64,000 bases of DNA from Eledone cirrhosa (GCA_964016885.1 OZ024761.1:13144001-13208000), one strand, 5' to 3'; positions 16,122 through 28,177 are shown, counted from the first letter of the stretch. The notes: generated from the letters alone by a model not told the origin. Numbers and translations are program-made.

Positions 16122-16771
16122 ATTGTTTCTACTTTTGGCATAAGGCCAGCAATTATCCCAGTGTATTACTGTTACTTTATTTTATCGACCCTGTAAGGAT
16201 GAAAGGCAAAGTTAACCTTGGCGGGATTTGAACTCAGATCATAAAGGGAGGTAACTCTATGCTTCAAAGCATGGCGTCCGACCCTCTACCGATACTGCCA
16301 ATAATAATAGGTTACAGAATATTACATGTTTATTAATATCTGCCTCCGATGAGCCCCCCCTGGGTGGAACACGTGTTAGAGCTATTTAAAGATATGTTTT
16401 AACGGCGTGTAGCTCTTTCATTCACTCATCTTTTGCTTATATATATATACATATATACAAGGGGGCTTCAAAAATTTTTTGGAAAAAGGATAGTTGGAAA
16501 AAACGGTCTAAGTTATGATGTTTATTTTCAACATATGCTCCATCTTGGTCAATACACTTCTGCAAACATTGATACCAGCCTAAGCCACTAATAGAGTGTT
16601 ACAGGGAGGGAGGGGGGGAGGGAGATAGATATCTTAAGAAACATAGCAAAGATAGAAAACATTCTTTACCTGAGTTGTTTTACCACAGCCAGTCTCTCCA
16701 CTTATGACCACCACCTGGTTGTTCTCAATCTTATCTACAATTAACTGTAAAAATACAAACATCTTATGTAT

Positions 16772-16808
<37 letters not shown>

Positions 16809-17755
16809 CAACCCATTCTAGCATGGAAGATAGACATTAAACGATGATGATGATGATATATATGTATATATATGTATGTATATATATATATATGTATATA
16901 TATATATGTGTATATATATATATGTGTATATATATATACGTGTATATATATATATACGTGTATATATATATATACGTGTGTGTGTATATATATAAATGTA
17001 AATGTGGTTGGTGATAGGAAGGGCATCCAGCCGTAGAAAACCTCTTTCGCTATTTATCAGCTCATGGTTCAATGAGCTTTTGATTCCAGAGTCGAACCAG
17101 ATCGATACAGATCAAACCTTGAGCTGATCAATAGCAAAACGCGCGTCACCAATAAACATAATCAAGGCTTAATAAATGGTCCTTGTATCCTTATATTACA
17201 CTCTGTCTAGCTCTACACCTCGCCACTGAAGTGAACCTAAACATTGAGTGCTCACCCGGGTGAACCTACAGTAACTTCACATTACATTCCCTTGATATAT
17301 ATATATACATATATTTATTTAGGTTTGTTGGTTCACCACTGGATAGAACTGGTCATTCCGTATGGTCAACCACCCTGACTTGAGGGCGGTTGGCCAGGCT
17401 AGAAGCTGCTAAATGTGCGGCCGCTCTCATGTCTCTGCTTTTCAGCCCCATGGATTTTGTCTATTATATTCCTTTGTTATATTTCGAATACCTGATGATG
17501 TCTGATATTCTATATTACATATCTGATGATACCTGATATTCTATATTACATACCTGATATTCTATATTACATATCTGATGATACCTGATATTCTATATTA
17601 CATACCTGATGATACCTGATATTTTATATTACATACCTGATGAGGTCACCAGATTCATACTGAACCCGGTCATTGAAATGATCATAGTATAATAAACCTT
17701 TTAAGGAATTACACCAGTCCAGCCTCCTCTTATTTTATTTTATTTTATTTTATTT

Positions 17756-17794
<39 letters not shown>

Positions 17795-20700
17795 GAAGGA
17801 AATGTGGTAAGGAACCAGATGGACCATAATGCACCAAAGTACTCAATACTTAGGGTAGTAGAGTGGGTAATAGGAACGAGTAGGACCCCGACGGCTGAGC
17901 TCAAGCCGTTTCGACGGCTAATTCTGGACTAAAATATATATATAGTAATAATAATAAATTTTGTTAGAGATGCCTACTGGCTGTAGTAGGTTTTACTATG
18001 TATTTAGGTAAGGCGGGTCTTCTCTGTTACTGAGTACCGCCAAAGGTCTCAGTCCAGTGACATTGTCTTGGAGAGGTGTAAGTGTGTGAGGTCGGAGTTT
18101 ATCAGCTCGTCCCAGGTTTTTCTAGGTCTGCCTATTCCGTGGCTACCGTCTATCTTTATTGCCCTGCACTTTGTTATACAGCTATTGACTTTCATGCGCA
18201 TCACGTGTCCATACCAACGTAGCCTTCTCTCGAGTAAACAACATCTGATCCCTCTTATTTCTAATTTTTTCCTTAGTTCGTTTATGCTTTGCCGTTCACG
18301 TATATTACTGTTACACATCCAGCGGAGCATGCAAGCTTCGTTCCTCTCTAGTCTGCGTATATCCTCTGCACACAATGCCCAGGTCTCACTGCCATGCAAC
18401 ATTGCTGTTCGTATGCAGGCATCGTACAACCTGCCTTTCATTTTTAGGGAGAACCCTTTAGCAGCTAATAGTGGTATAAGCTCTCTGAACTTTTTCCAAC
18501 CAGTTCTGACTCTAGCTACTGTACTTTCAGAGCACCCTCCCCCACTGCTGATTTTATCACCCAGGTAACGGAAACTGTCCACTATTTCTATAGAACCCTC
18601 TGCGCAATTGAAAGAGCTAGTATTTTGTGGGCACTTGCTGCTACTTATTGCACCAGAGCACGGCCACATGTAAAATCTATGTTCTTAGTTAGCTTACCTG
18701 TGATCCCACTACATCTTTTATGCACCCATACTTTGCATTTAGGACATAAAATGGAGTTTCTACCTACGCCTTTCCTACACACCGAGCACGACCATTTCCC
18801 AGAAGGGACCGCCGCCTTATTTTCTTTCCTACAAACTAGAACTTTAGTCTTAGCCAGGTTAATTTTAAGGCCTTTTGATTCTAGGCCGTGCTTCCATGTT
18901 TGGAATTTCTTCTCTAGCTCGGCCATTGATTCCGCTATGAGTGTCAGGTCGTCTGCGTATAGGAGTTCCCATGAGCAGCCGGTCTTGAACTCCTCTGTTA
19001 TAGCCTGAAGGGCAATAATAAATAGTAGGGGGCTGAGAACAGAGCCCTGATGGACGCCAACTTTTACGCTAAACTCTTCACTATATTCGTTGTTAATTCT
19101 AATCTTGCTGACTGTTTCTTTATACATGGCTTGTATAGCTCTCACAAGCCATTCGTCAACGCCTAGTTTTCTAAGAGCCCACCAGATAATGGAGCGAGGG
19201 ATTCTGTCGAAGGCTTTCTCCAAGTCGACAAAAGCTAAGTAGAAACATTATCTATACTTATGTTATATGTATTGATTAAACCTAAAATTAAGTTTTATAA
19301 TTATATATATATACACAGATATACACACTCAATCATATGCAGGAAGAATTAGGGGATTTGAAATTTATTCCACAAAGCTGCTACTAACCTTTCTGATGTC
19401 AAAGGATGGTAATTTCTTACGAAACTGAAGCATCTTCTGGTAGGTGGCGCTCTTTAACCGTTCCTGGACTTCTGTCTGAAATGTGGCATCCATCCTGGGG
19501 TTGTACTGCAGACTGGAACTTGGTGCTGGAATAAAAGAAAGTAAGACTATTGGAGAAGGGGATCTGTGTATATATGGTGGAGTGGATGACAATGAATAAA
19601 GGTAAACAGGAGGACTGCCACTGATTTTAGATATATAATTATGATGAAAGGTTTTCACTTATAAACGAACACTTTCAATCTTAACACACCTTAGCAGAAA
19701 ACATCTAAAACCAAGTTGGTTAGTTCAAATCTTTATAGCAGTATCTTTACAAGTGGACATATTGTTGTGGAAATTTGCAGTACTACATTAACCCTTTAGC
19801 ATTAGAACAGGCCATGTCCGGCCAGAATTCTCTCACTTAAAGAATGTCTTGCTGTGGTTTCATGTGGTACAGGGTGTTAAGAGTTAAAAGAAGCAGTTTT
19901 ATATTATAGAACCAGGGATGGTCTTACAGTGGTTGGTATTTAACCCTTTCATGACTGCATTTCTAATGACATACTCTCTATTTTAAATAATTATTGAAGG
20001 ATTTGAGGGATTTACTAAAATTATTATTTATTCCCTTACTAAGACAGTAACTTTATGTAAGGTTCTTATATAAAATTATGTTGGGAGATTTTTATTTAAC
20101 CCTTTAGCATTTACATTACTCTATATATACTATTGTATTTTTGTGGTAAAGGTTTACCTCACATGAGCGGCCGGTTACAGCCGGTTTGAACAGAAAGAGG
20201 TGAGAGAATTCTGGCTGGATATGGCCGGTTTAAATTGGAAATGGGTGATTTTATGTCATAGAACCAGAATCGGTTTTGGCCGGATTGGTAACTAAAGGGT
20301 TAACTCTTTAGCATTTAATCCGGCTGTATCCAGTAAGAATTCTCTCACCTCTTTCTGTTCAAACCAGCCGTGACCAGCCACTCATACTGGTATTAAGGTA
20401 TTGTTCTCAAAATAAATAAAATCAAAATCTCCTAGATTCAATATTATGAGATAATTATGTGAGGTAAAGCCTTTACCATGAAAATACAATAGTATATATA
20501 GAGTAATGTAAATGTTATGTGAGATATTATGTGAGGTAAAGCCTTTACTGTGACAATACAATAGTATATATAGAGTAATGTAAATGTTATGTGAGATATT
20601 ATGTGAGGTAAAGCCTTTACCATGAAAATACAATAGTATATATAGAGTAATGTAAATGTTATGTGAGATATTATGAGGTAAAGCCTTTACTGTGAAAATA

Positions 20701-23700
20701 CAATAGTATATATAGAGTAATGTAAATGTTATGTGAGATATTATGTGAGGTAAAGCCTTTACTGTGAAAATACAATAGTATATATAGAGTAATGTAAATG
20801 CTAAAAGGCTAATGTAAGGTTCTTATATAAAATTATGTTGGGAGATTTTTATTTAAATTGGAAACCTTTAACCCTTTAGTATTCACATTACTCTATATAT
20901 ACTATTGTATTTTCATAGTAAAGGCTTTACCTCACATAATATCTCACATAACATTTACATTACTCTATATATACTATTGTATTGTCACAGTAAAGGCTTT
21001 ACCTCACATAATATCTCACATAACATTTACATTATTCTATATATACTATTGTATTTTCATGGTAAAGGCTTTACCTCACATAATATCTCACATAACATTT
21101 ACATTATTCTATATATACTATTGTATTTTCATGGTAAAGGCTTTACCTCGCATAATTATCTCACATAATATCGAGTCTATGAGATTTTGAAAGTATTTAT
21201 TTTGAGAACAATACCTTAACATCAGTTTGAGCGACCAGTTACAGCCAGTTTCAACAGAAAAAGGTAGAGAATTCTGGCCGGTTTGAACATTAAAGGGTTA
21301 AAATGGGGGGGGGGGGTTATGTCGTAGAACCAGAGTTGGTTTTGACCGGATTGGTAACTAAAGGGTTAAAGAAAGAGATGAGAGTGGGGCTGAGAGAAAG
21401 AAAGAAAAGGAAGACAAGATACTAACGGTGATCAGTAAGGTCATCTGGTGTTGGATCAATTGCATAATCAACTTCTTCTTTGTAAAAATCCATCACTTCT
21501 GTAACAGATGTTGTTAAGTTGCATCTGCTGTTTTCCAGCATCTGTGACGACATATCATCATCATCATCATCATCATCATCAGCAGCATTGTCATTATCAG
21601 CAGCAGCATTGTAACGACTACGATGATCATATCCTCCTCCTCCCCTACCACTGCTGGCTTCCGTTGGCCTAGAAGAGGAGCTGTGCCACACAGATGACTC
21701 CAATGTCATCTTTCCCGTGTCAGGTTTAGTGGTGGTAGTGTCATCACAAGCTGCTGACCCCATGTTGAACCAGTCGTCCGATGATGTTTGCCGCGCCTGG
21801 TTGTTGTCGGTGGCGGCGTTAACAGTATGGTGGGGACTGGGGCGGTGTCGTTGGTGAGTTGAACTGCTGGATGAGGGGCCAGACCCAAACTGGTTTAAGA
21901 TGTCCCTGATGTTGCTCTCTTGTTGGCTCTCCATTTTTATCAACGGTCGCTGTTAACGATAGAATGACATCAGCTATTTAAGGGTCACACAGCGACATAT
22001 ATAAATCATACAGGAGTTACACAGAGATATATATAAAATATGTAAGGGTCAAAGAGACATATCAAATATTTAGGGGTAACACAGAGACATATATAAAATA
22101 TTTAAGGCTCAGAGACATATACAATAGTTAGGGGCCACAGACATATAAAATATTTAGGACACACACACACACACACAGACATATATAAAATATTTAGGGG
22201 ACACACACACAGACATATATAAAATATTTAGGTGTCACAGAGACATAAATAAGTTATTAAGGGGTGACATATGTCATACTTGCTGTTTGTCTTGCATTTC
22301 TCTTTTGGCCCGACCCCGTCGACTGTACCATAGTCCTATCTCCTTCCCTTTCAAACCAGGGGGATGTCTCGCATGATGGCCGCCATCTGTTGACATAGAA
22401 ACAAGAGCAAATTTTTACAATTTTAATGGGTTTTTCTTTTGTTATTAGCATTCATCTGTCTTTCTCTCACAACTGTACCACCACCACAACACTACCACAT
22501 ACCATTGTCTATACTGCCTCACACACAACTGTACCACCATACCATTGCCAGTACTGACTCTTTCTCTCTCACACACAACTGTACCACCACCACAACACTA
22601 CCACATACCATTGTCTATACTGCCTCACACACAACTGTACCACCACCATACCATTGCCAGTACTGACTCTTTCTCTCTCACACACAACTGTACCACCACC
22701 ACAACACTACCACATACCATTGTCTATACTGCCTCACACACAACTGTACCACCACCATACCATTGCCAGTACTGACTCTTTCTCTCTCACACACAACTGT
22801 ACCACCACCACAACACTACCACATACCATTGTCTATACTGCCTCACACACAACTGTACCACCACCATACCATTGCCAGTACTGACTCTTTCTCTCTCACA
22901 CACAACTGTACCACCACCACAACACTACCACATACCATTGTCTATACTGCCTCACACACAACTGTACCACCATTACCACCACCATACCATTGTCAGTACT
23001 GACTCTTTCTCTCTCACACACAACTGTACCACCACCACAACACTACCACATACCATTGTCTATACTGCCTCACACACAACTGTACCACCACCACCACTGC
23101 CAGTACTGACTCTTTCTCTCTCACACGCAACTGTACCACCACCACAACACTACCACATACCATTGTCTATACTGCCTCACACACAACTGTACCACCACCA
23201 CCACCACCACCACCACTGCCAGTACTGACTCTTTCTCTCTCACACGCAACTGTACCACCATTACCACCACCACCACCACCACTGCCAGTACTGACTCTTT
23301 CTCTCTCACACGCAACTGTACCACCATTACCACCACCACCACCACCACCATACCATCATCAACAACATACCATTGTCATTACTGCCTTGGTCATTATGTT
23401 TCCGGCCACTCCTTCCATGACCTCCACCAAATCCTCGGTCGAAATTTCTCCGGCCTCTTCCTGACAAAGTATACAAAACAGATTACATTAGACAAGAGGT
23501 GTAACAAGGGAACATAGTTCCTATAGGAAACATTGAAACTGCACCCGTGCTCATGCAGCAAGCTATATAGTAGTTGTTAGACAATGGGATTGACAGCACA
23601 GTTTAAATAAATGAGGGTCTAGGGTATTAACCCTTTAGCATTTACATTACTCTATATTTACTATTCTATTTTCAAAGTAAAGGCTTTATCTTACATGATT

Positions 23701-26422
23701 ACCTCACATTATATTGAATCAATGAGATTTTAATAATATTTATTTTGAGAACAATATGTTAACATCAGTATGAGTGGCTAGTTAGGGCTGGTTTGAAAAG
23801 AAAGAGGTGAGAGAATTCTGGCCGGTTTGAATTCTAAAGGGTTAAACTGCATTTTCATTTGTTTTTCAGGCATCCTTTATGTGTAACCCTTTAGCATTTA
23901 AACACGCCGTATCTGGCCAGAATTCACTCACTTCCTGTTCAAACTTGACATAGCTGGCTTCTCATACTTATGTTAAGGTATTGTTCTCAAAATAAATAAT
24001 ATCAAAATCTCATAGATTCAATATTATGTGGGATAATTATGTGAGGTAAAGCTTTTACCATGAAAATATAATATCAAGTATAGAGTAATGTAAATGCTAA
24101 AGGGTTAAGTATATGTAAAATATTGGCTAAAATGTTAGAGTATTTAAAGGGAATGATCTGTGTAATACTGATCTTTGACAAATATTAAAACCCTATTAAA
24201 ATATTTGACAAGTCATACTATGAGGTCTGCCTTTGTGATCATGTAGTTCCCAGCACTGTATTTTTACCTATGGAGGTCTAATCTATAAATATAAAACTGA
24301 GGATGTCTGTCTGTGTGTGAGTTTGAATCCCTAAACCTCGAGAAGCACCCAACCGACTGTTTTCAAACTTTACACATGTAATACTTATGTTTCAGGGAGT
24401 GTTCTGAGCAAAAAAAGTTTCAAATTTTCAATGCCCTAGGGACTGCATTAGATGATTTAGCGATCTCTCTCTATAATTCTTAGTCTTTCTCTTTTTAGAT
24501 AGATACATACATATAACGTCGCGCCGTTATAATATCTGTCTGTATGTCTGGCTGTTTGTACTACGTCACTTCCTTGAGGATGTCTGTCTGTGAGTTTGAA
24601 TCCCTAAAACTCGAGAAGTACCCAACCGACTTTTTTCAAACTTTACATGTGTATTACTTATGTTTCAGGGAGTGTTATGCACATAAACAAATTCAACTTT
24701 TTGATCCCCTAGGGCCTGCATTAGGTGAAAAACTGCATTTTTCCCAGGTTTTTAGAGGTTTTTTTGAGGCGCTATGTCAGACTGATTTCCTTGAAATTGT
24801 AACTTTGTATTAGTTAGTCTCTTCTTCATACCGTGAGCAAAGAAAACCCAACTTTTTTATAGCCTAGGGCCCACATTAGGTGAAAAACTTCATTTTTTCA
24901 ACTTTTTAGTGCTTTTTTGAGGCGTTACATCTAGCCGATTTTCCCGAAATTTCAAGGCATATTATGCACATAAAAAAATTCATTTTCTTGATCCCCTAGG
25001 GCCCGCATTAGGTGAAAACCTGCATTTTTCCTGCTTCATCGAGGAAAATCTTAAATATTATCCAGCCATCAGAGTATTCAGTTTATTTTCTTTACATATT
25101 GTCCAGGCAATGAAGTTTTTCCACGATTAGGTCTGTTGGCGGCCTGTGTTCCAAAATACCTTATCCCGTGCAATGCCGGCTACCACTGCTAGTAATTTAT
25201 ATAAATGGTTTAATGATCCAGCCACCATAGTGTTTCTCACCCATGATAATCAGCGACAGATCAATACATCTGAAGAAGAAGTTTCTTTTTTCACTCTCTG
25301 ACGATAGCTTATCTGTCTTTAATAGAAAGTGCTCCTAGTCCAGGTACGCCGCCTTTCAAGTGGCACCCATGGCATGTGCCATGTTTGCTATACCCTAGAT
25401 ACACCTCTGCATCAGACCATACATAAAATCTTCTTCTGCCACATATATATATCTTACTGTTACAGCATTAGAATAAACCTGTTGGCTTGGGTCGTAAAAA
25501 CATTTGAAAAACATTTTCCCTTACATATATACTCCCTCCCACCACCAACACTAACACCAACACTAACACCAACAACACCAACACTAACACCAACACCAAC
25601 ACCAACAACACCAACACTAACACCAACAACACCAACACTAACACCAACATCATCAACACTAACACCAACAACACCAACACTAACACCAACATCATCAACA
25701 CTAACACCAACAACACCAACATCATCAACACCAACACTAACACCAACATCATCAACACTAACACCAACAACACCAACACTAACACCAACATCATCAACAC
25801 TAACACCAACAACACCAACATCATCAACACCAACACTAACACCAACATCATCAACACTAACACCAACAACACCAACACTAACAACATCAATACTACCACC
25901 ACCAACATCAACACTAATATCAACAACAATTGCAAACACCAACATCACTAACAGCAATATTAACACCAACAACATCAATACTAATATCAACAACACTACC
26001 AATACCATCAACACTACCACCACCACCACTAACATCACCACTAACACCACCACCAACATCACCATCACTAACATCAACACTATCACCAACACCAACATCA
26101 CCACCACCATCACTAACACCACCACCAACATCACCATCACTAACATCAACACTATCACCAACACCAACACCACTACCACCATCACCACCACCATCACTAA
26201 CACCACCACCAACATCACCATCACTAACATCAACACTATCACCAACACCAACAACATCACCACTACCAACAACATCAATAACCTACCACTGTCAGCACTG
26301 TCATAGTCATTGTATCTTCTTCCTCCTCCTCTTCCATGGCCTCCACCTCCACTGCCATATCTACCTCCTCCTCCACCAAAACCCTGTTCAAACGATCGGC
26401 GACCTCTCTCACGATATGACAT
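1373..26422 (-). CDS. DHX36: DEAH-box G-quadruplex helicase DHX36/RHAU, 5' part (16 coding exons; gene continues past position 1)
   Basis: Exons on the minus strand, all GT-AG with consistent phases: 26422-26287, 23460-23371, 22386-22280, 21949-21427, 19525-19389, 16744-16670, 15570-15475, 13514-13435, 12129-12055, 11223-11057, 10754-10673, 8638-8519, 5494-5392, 4033-3952, 2608-2488, 1516-1373. Encodes a Gly/Arg-rich N-terminus, the DHX36-specific motif [24 protein letters not shown] (I), TQPRRISA (Ia), DEIH (II), SAT (III), ATNIAETSITIDD (V) and QRRGRAGR (VI). Confidence 0.96.
5520..6670. repeat. 48-bp minisatellite (~23 copies) from a SINE internal subrepeat
   Basis: Unit CCCAGTACACTCTGTAAGGTTGTTGTGCTGGTGTCATGATAAAATACA. 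Runs directly into the SINE 3' module at 6670. Confidence 0.95.
6830..8190. repeat. 60/72-bp minisatellite (~20 copies) inside one MITE family 1 copy
   Basis: Unit ACATTTACATTACTCTATATATACTATTGTATTTTCACAGTAAAGGCTTTACCTCACATA(ATATCTCACATA). MITE TIRs lie at 6822 and 8329. Confidence 0.95.
9430..10515. repeat. 47-bp minisatellite (~22 copies), same SINE subrepeat family
   Basis: Unit ACTCACTGTAAAGAGGTCATGTAGGTGTCATGACAAAAACACCCAGT. Confidence 0.95.
11540..12035. repeat. GGTAT/GTGAT-rich degenerate microsatellite; ATGCAGCTAG-based repeat at 10812-11050
   Basis: Directly visible; both abut DHX36 splice donors. Confidence 0.88.
13580..15020. repeat. 48-bp minisatellite (~30 copies), same family, opposite orientation
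   Basis: Unit TTGTGACACCTACATGACCACTTTACAGTGTGGACTGGGTGCTTTTTG, followed by (GT)n. Confidence 0.95.
15294..15403. mobile_element. Small TTAA-flanked MITE family 3 (relatives at ~12961-13404 and ~63511-63590)
   Basis: TTAACCTTCAGCATGCTG...CAGCATGTTAAAGATTAA, with shared internal TTAAGGGGAGAT. Confidence 0.55.
15635..16074 (+). mobile_element. Penelope-like pLTR with inverted 5' copy (173-bp perfect palindrome), inserted in (TA)n
   Basis: Arms 15635-15807 and 15815-15987 with a 7-nt loop, plus a unique tail to 16074. Flanked by (TA)n on both sides and carries a hammerhead. Confidence 0.7.
15881..15942 (+). ncRNA. Hammerhead ribozyme motif in the right arm of a palindromic Penelope-like element (mirror copy on minus at 15680-15741)
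   Basis: UUUUGU-CUGAAGA-AGGCAUACCAUAU..AUAUGAUAUCCCU-GAA-AUAUAUAU-A-AUGAAA. Core is intact; stem I contains two G-U pairs. Confidence 0.65.
16458..16580 (+). mobile_element. Mariner-like terminal fragment
   Basis: TA|CAAGGGGGCTTCAAAAA..TATTTTCAACATA..CAATACACTT resembles mariner left ends. No matching right TIR seen. Confidence 0.4.
17633..17690 (+). ncRNA. Minimal type-I hammerhead ribozyme motif
   Basis: AUAC-CUGAUGA-[imperfect stem II]-GAA-AUGAUCAU-A-GUAU, followed immediately by AATAAA. Stem I is 4 bp and stem III is palindromic. Antisense to DHX36. Confidence 0.7.
17945..19244 (-). mobile_element. 5'-truncated RTE-clade LINE: RT domain, C-terminus, 3'UTR and (TTA)n tail
   Basis: [58 protein letters not shown]. 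One frameshift near 18650-18670 splits it into ORFs 18645-19223 and 18049-18669. Confidence 0.93.
19940..21370. mobile_element. Cluster of nested TTAA-MITEs (family 2 with family 1 inserted at internal TTAA sites)
   Basis: TTAACCCTTTCATGACTGCATTTCTAATG...CATAGAACCAG..GGTAACTAAAGGGTTAA pieces interleaved with three family-1 copies in both orientations. Family-2 relatives at ~8330-8497, ~11260-11530, ~49751-50099. Confidence 0.7.
22465..23350. repeat. 109-bp tandem repeat decaying into (ACC)n
   Basis: Period 109 (22545, 22654, 22763, 22872). Fills most of the DHX36 intron between coding exons 2 and 3. Confidence 0.9.
23627..23845 (+). mobile_element. piggyBac-like MITE family 1, representative copy (>20 full or partial copies in the window)
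   Basis: Consensus TTAA|CCCTTTAGCATTTA...TAAATGCTAAAGGG|TTAA, ~210-240 bp, no ORF. Other copies near 1-158, 350-552, 6822-8329, 12327-12660, 20300-20810, 20868-21302, 23885-24108, 26464-26885, 48623-48825, 49346-49700, 54608-54822, 63780-64000. Confidence 0.85.
24282..25192 (+). mobile_element. Non-autonomous Helitron
   Basis: 5' TCTATAAATATAAAACTG..(GTCT)n; 3' GC-rich hairpin CCCGTGCAATGCCGG then CTAG. Inserted between A and T without a TSD; contains internal ~120-bp subrepeats and a duplicated 5' part. Confidence 0.85.
25540..26280. repeat. (AAC/ACC/ATC)n compound microsatellite
   Basis: Directly visible; abuts the donor of DHX36 coding exon 1. Confidence 0.95.
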
Positions 26423-26934
26423 TGTTGTCAATACTGCAACAAATAATAACAAAAAATATAATATTAACCATTTAACATTTACATTACTCTATATTTACTA
26501 CTGTATTTTCATGGTAAACATTATCTCTCATAATTATTTCACATAAAAAGGGCGGTGGATTGGCAGAGGGTCGGACGCCATGCTTTGAAGCATAGAGTTA
26601 CGTCCCTTTATGATCTGAGTTCAAATCCCGCCGAGGTTAACTTTGCCTTTCATCCTTATGGGGTCGATAAAATAAAGTACCAGTAATGCACTGAGGTAAT
26701 TGTGGCCTTATGCCAAAAGTAGAAACAATTATTTCACATAATATTGAATCTACGAAATTTTGATATTATTTATTTTGAGAACAATACCTTAACATCAATA
26801 TGAGCAGCCAGTTATGGCCAGTTTGAACAGAAAGAGGTGAGAGAATTCTGGCCAGATATGGCTGGTTTAAATGCTAAAGGGTTAAACTGGCTGCATCCGG
26901 TCAGAATTCTCAGTAGAGTCTCTGACCTCCTGGC

Positions 26935-27482
26935 CCTACAATGTGTCTGAGTATTTAATACCCTAAGCTAGCTCTACAATGTGAGCCTGGGTATTTAGCA
27001 CCCTAAGCTAGATCTACAATGTGGACCTGAGTATTTAGTACCCTATGATAGATCTACAAAGTGGACCTGAGTATTTAGTACCCTATGATAAATCTACAAT
27101 GAGTACCTAGGTATTTAGCACCCCAGGATAGCTCTACAATGTGTGCCTGGGTATTTAACACCCTAAGCTAGCTCTACATGTGCCTGGGTATTTACCACCC
27201 AAGACTAGCTCTACAATGTGTGTCAGGCTATTTAGTACCCTAGGCTAGCTCTACAATGTGAACCTGGATATTTAGTACCCTAAGCTGGTTCTACAGTGTA
27301 TGTCTGGGTATTTAGGACTGTAAGGTAGCACAGCAATGTGTACCTGGATATTTAGCACCTAAAGCTAGCTCTACAATATGTGTCTGGGTATTTAGCACCT
27401 TAGTCTAGCTCTACAATGCATGTCTAGATATGAAGCAACCTAAGCTAGCTCTACAATATATGTTGAGTATTTAGTACCTTAT
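26935..27482. repeat. ~42-bp degenerate minisatellite
   Basis: Unit ~CTAGCTCTACAATGTGTGCCTGGGTATTTAGCACCCTAAG. Confidence 0.85.
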
Positions 27483-28107
27483 GCCTAAGCCTTACTATGT
27501 GCACCTTTTTATCCCATATAAAATATTTTTCAATTTATAGTTTGCTAAGCTGAGAAACCTAGTTCAGAAAATTTGATAAGTCTGCATTTTCCACTACACA
27601 TTTCATACTCACATTACGACCCTTTCCGCCTCTTTTGATATTTCCCCAACGCTGCTAAATGGTTAATACGTTAAGCAATTTATTTATTGATCGCATGAAA
27701 TGATAATAAACTTTATTTAATTATACAAATTTGTATAAAACTTCAATCCTTTGAGGTCCAGTAATGCGCCGGTCTGATGTTTACGTCTTGAAGCGATTTC
27801 CTAGTTAGTCTTAATGTCAACGCCGCCGCCTTAAGTCTTCGATACAGTATATACCTGAGAAAACCTGTTCATCTTCATTCTCTCGCTAATATCATCCAAC
27901 GAAACCAACAAAATCCCTCCAAAATTCAGCATAAGCATCACAATATTCTTCGTTTTTCCTATAAAGTTTTGAACGCGTGTTGAAGGAATGCCAAAATGTT
28001 TTAAAAACGTAAAAACCGGCACCATTATATGCTTAGTTTCTCAACTTTAAAATGATTATTTTCGTTTTCATTTCCTGGAGTTTAAGACCAAGAAATATAG
28101 GCAAATT

Positions 28108-28177
<70 letters not shown>

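Noticed and set aside
25300-25345. CTGACGA...GAAAGTGCTC possible hammerhead
   Set aside because: Stem II is weak and stem I does not pair; compatible with chance or heavy decay.
22465-26280. G4-based autoregulation of DHX36 through (GGT)n intron repeats
   Set aside because: Only two-G runs, and similar repeats occur in TADA2A introns, so there is no evidence of specificity.
25329-26475. Long Thr/Pro- or Val-rich ORFs on both strands
   Set aside because: Microsatellite translations; only 26287-26422 is a real DHX36 exon.
27831-28025. 64-aa ORF with donor CAG|GTATAT at 27855 as a coding first exon of DHX36
   Set aside because: Splicing to 26433 in that frame hits TAT TGA, and the frame matching the main ATG has an upstream stop. 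At most a UTR exon.
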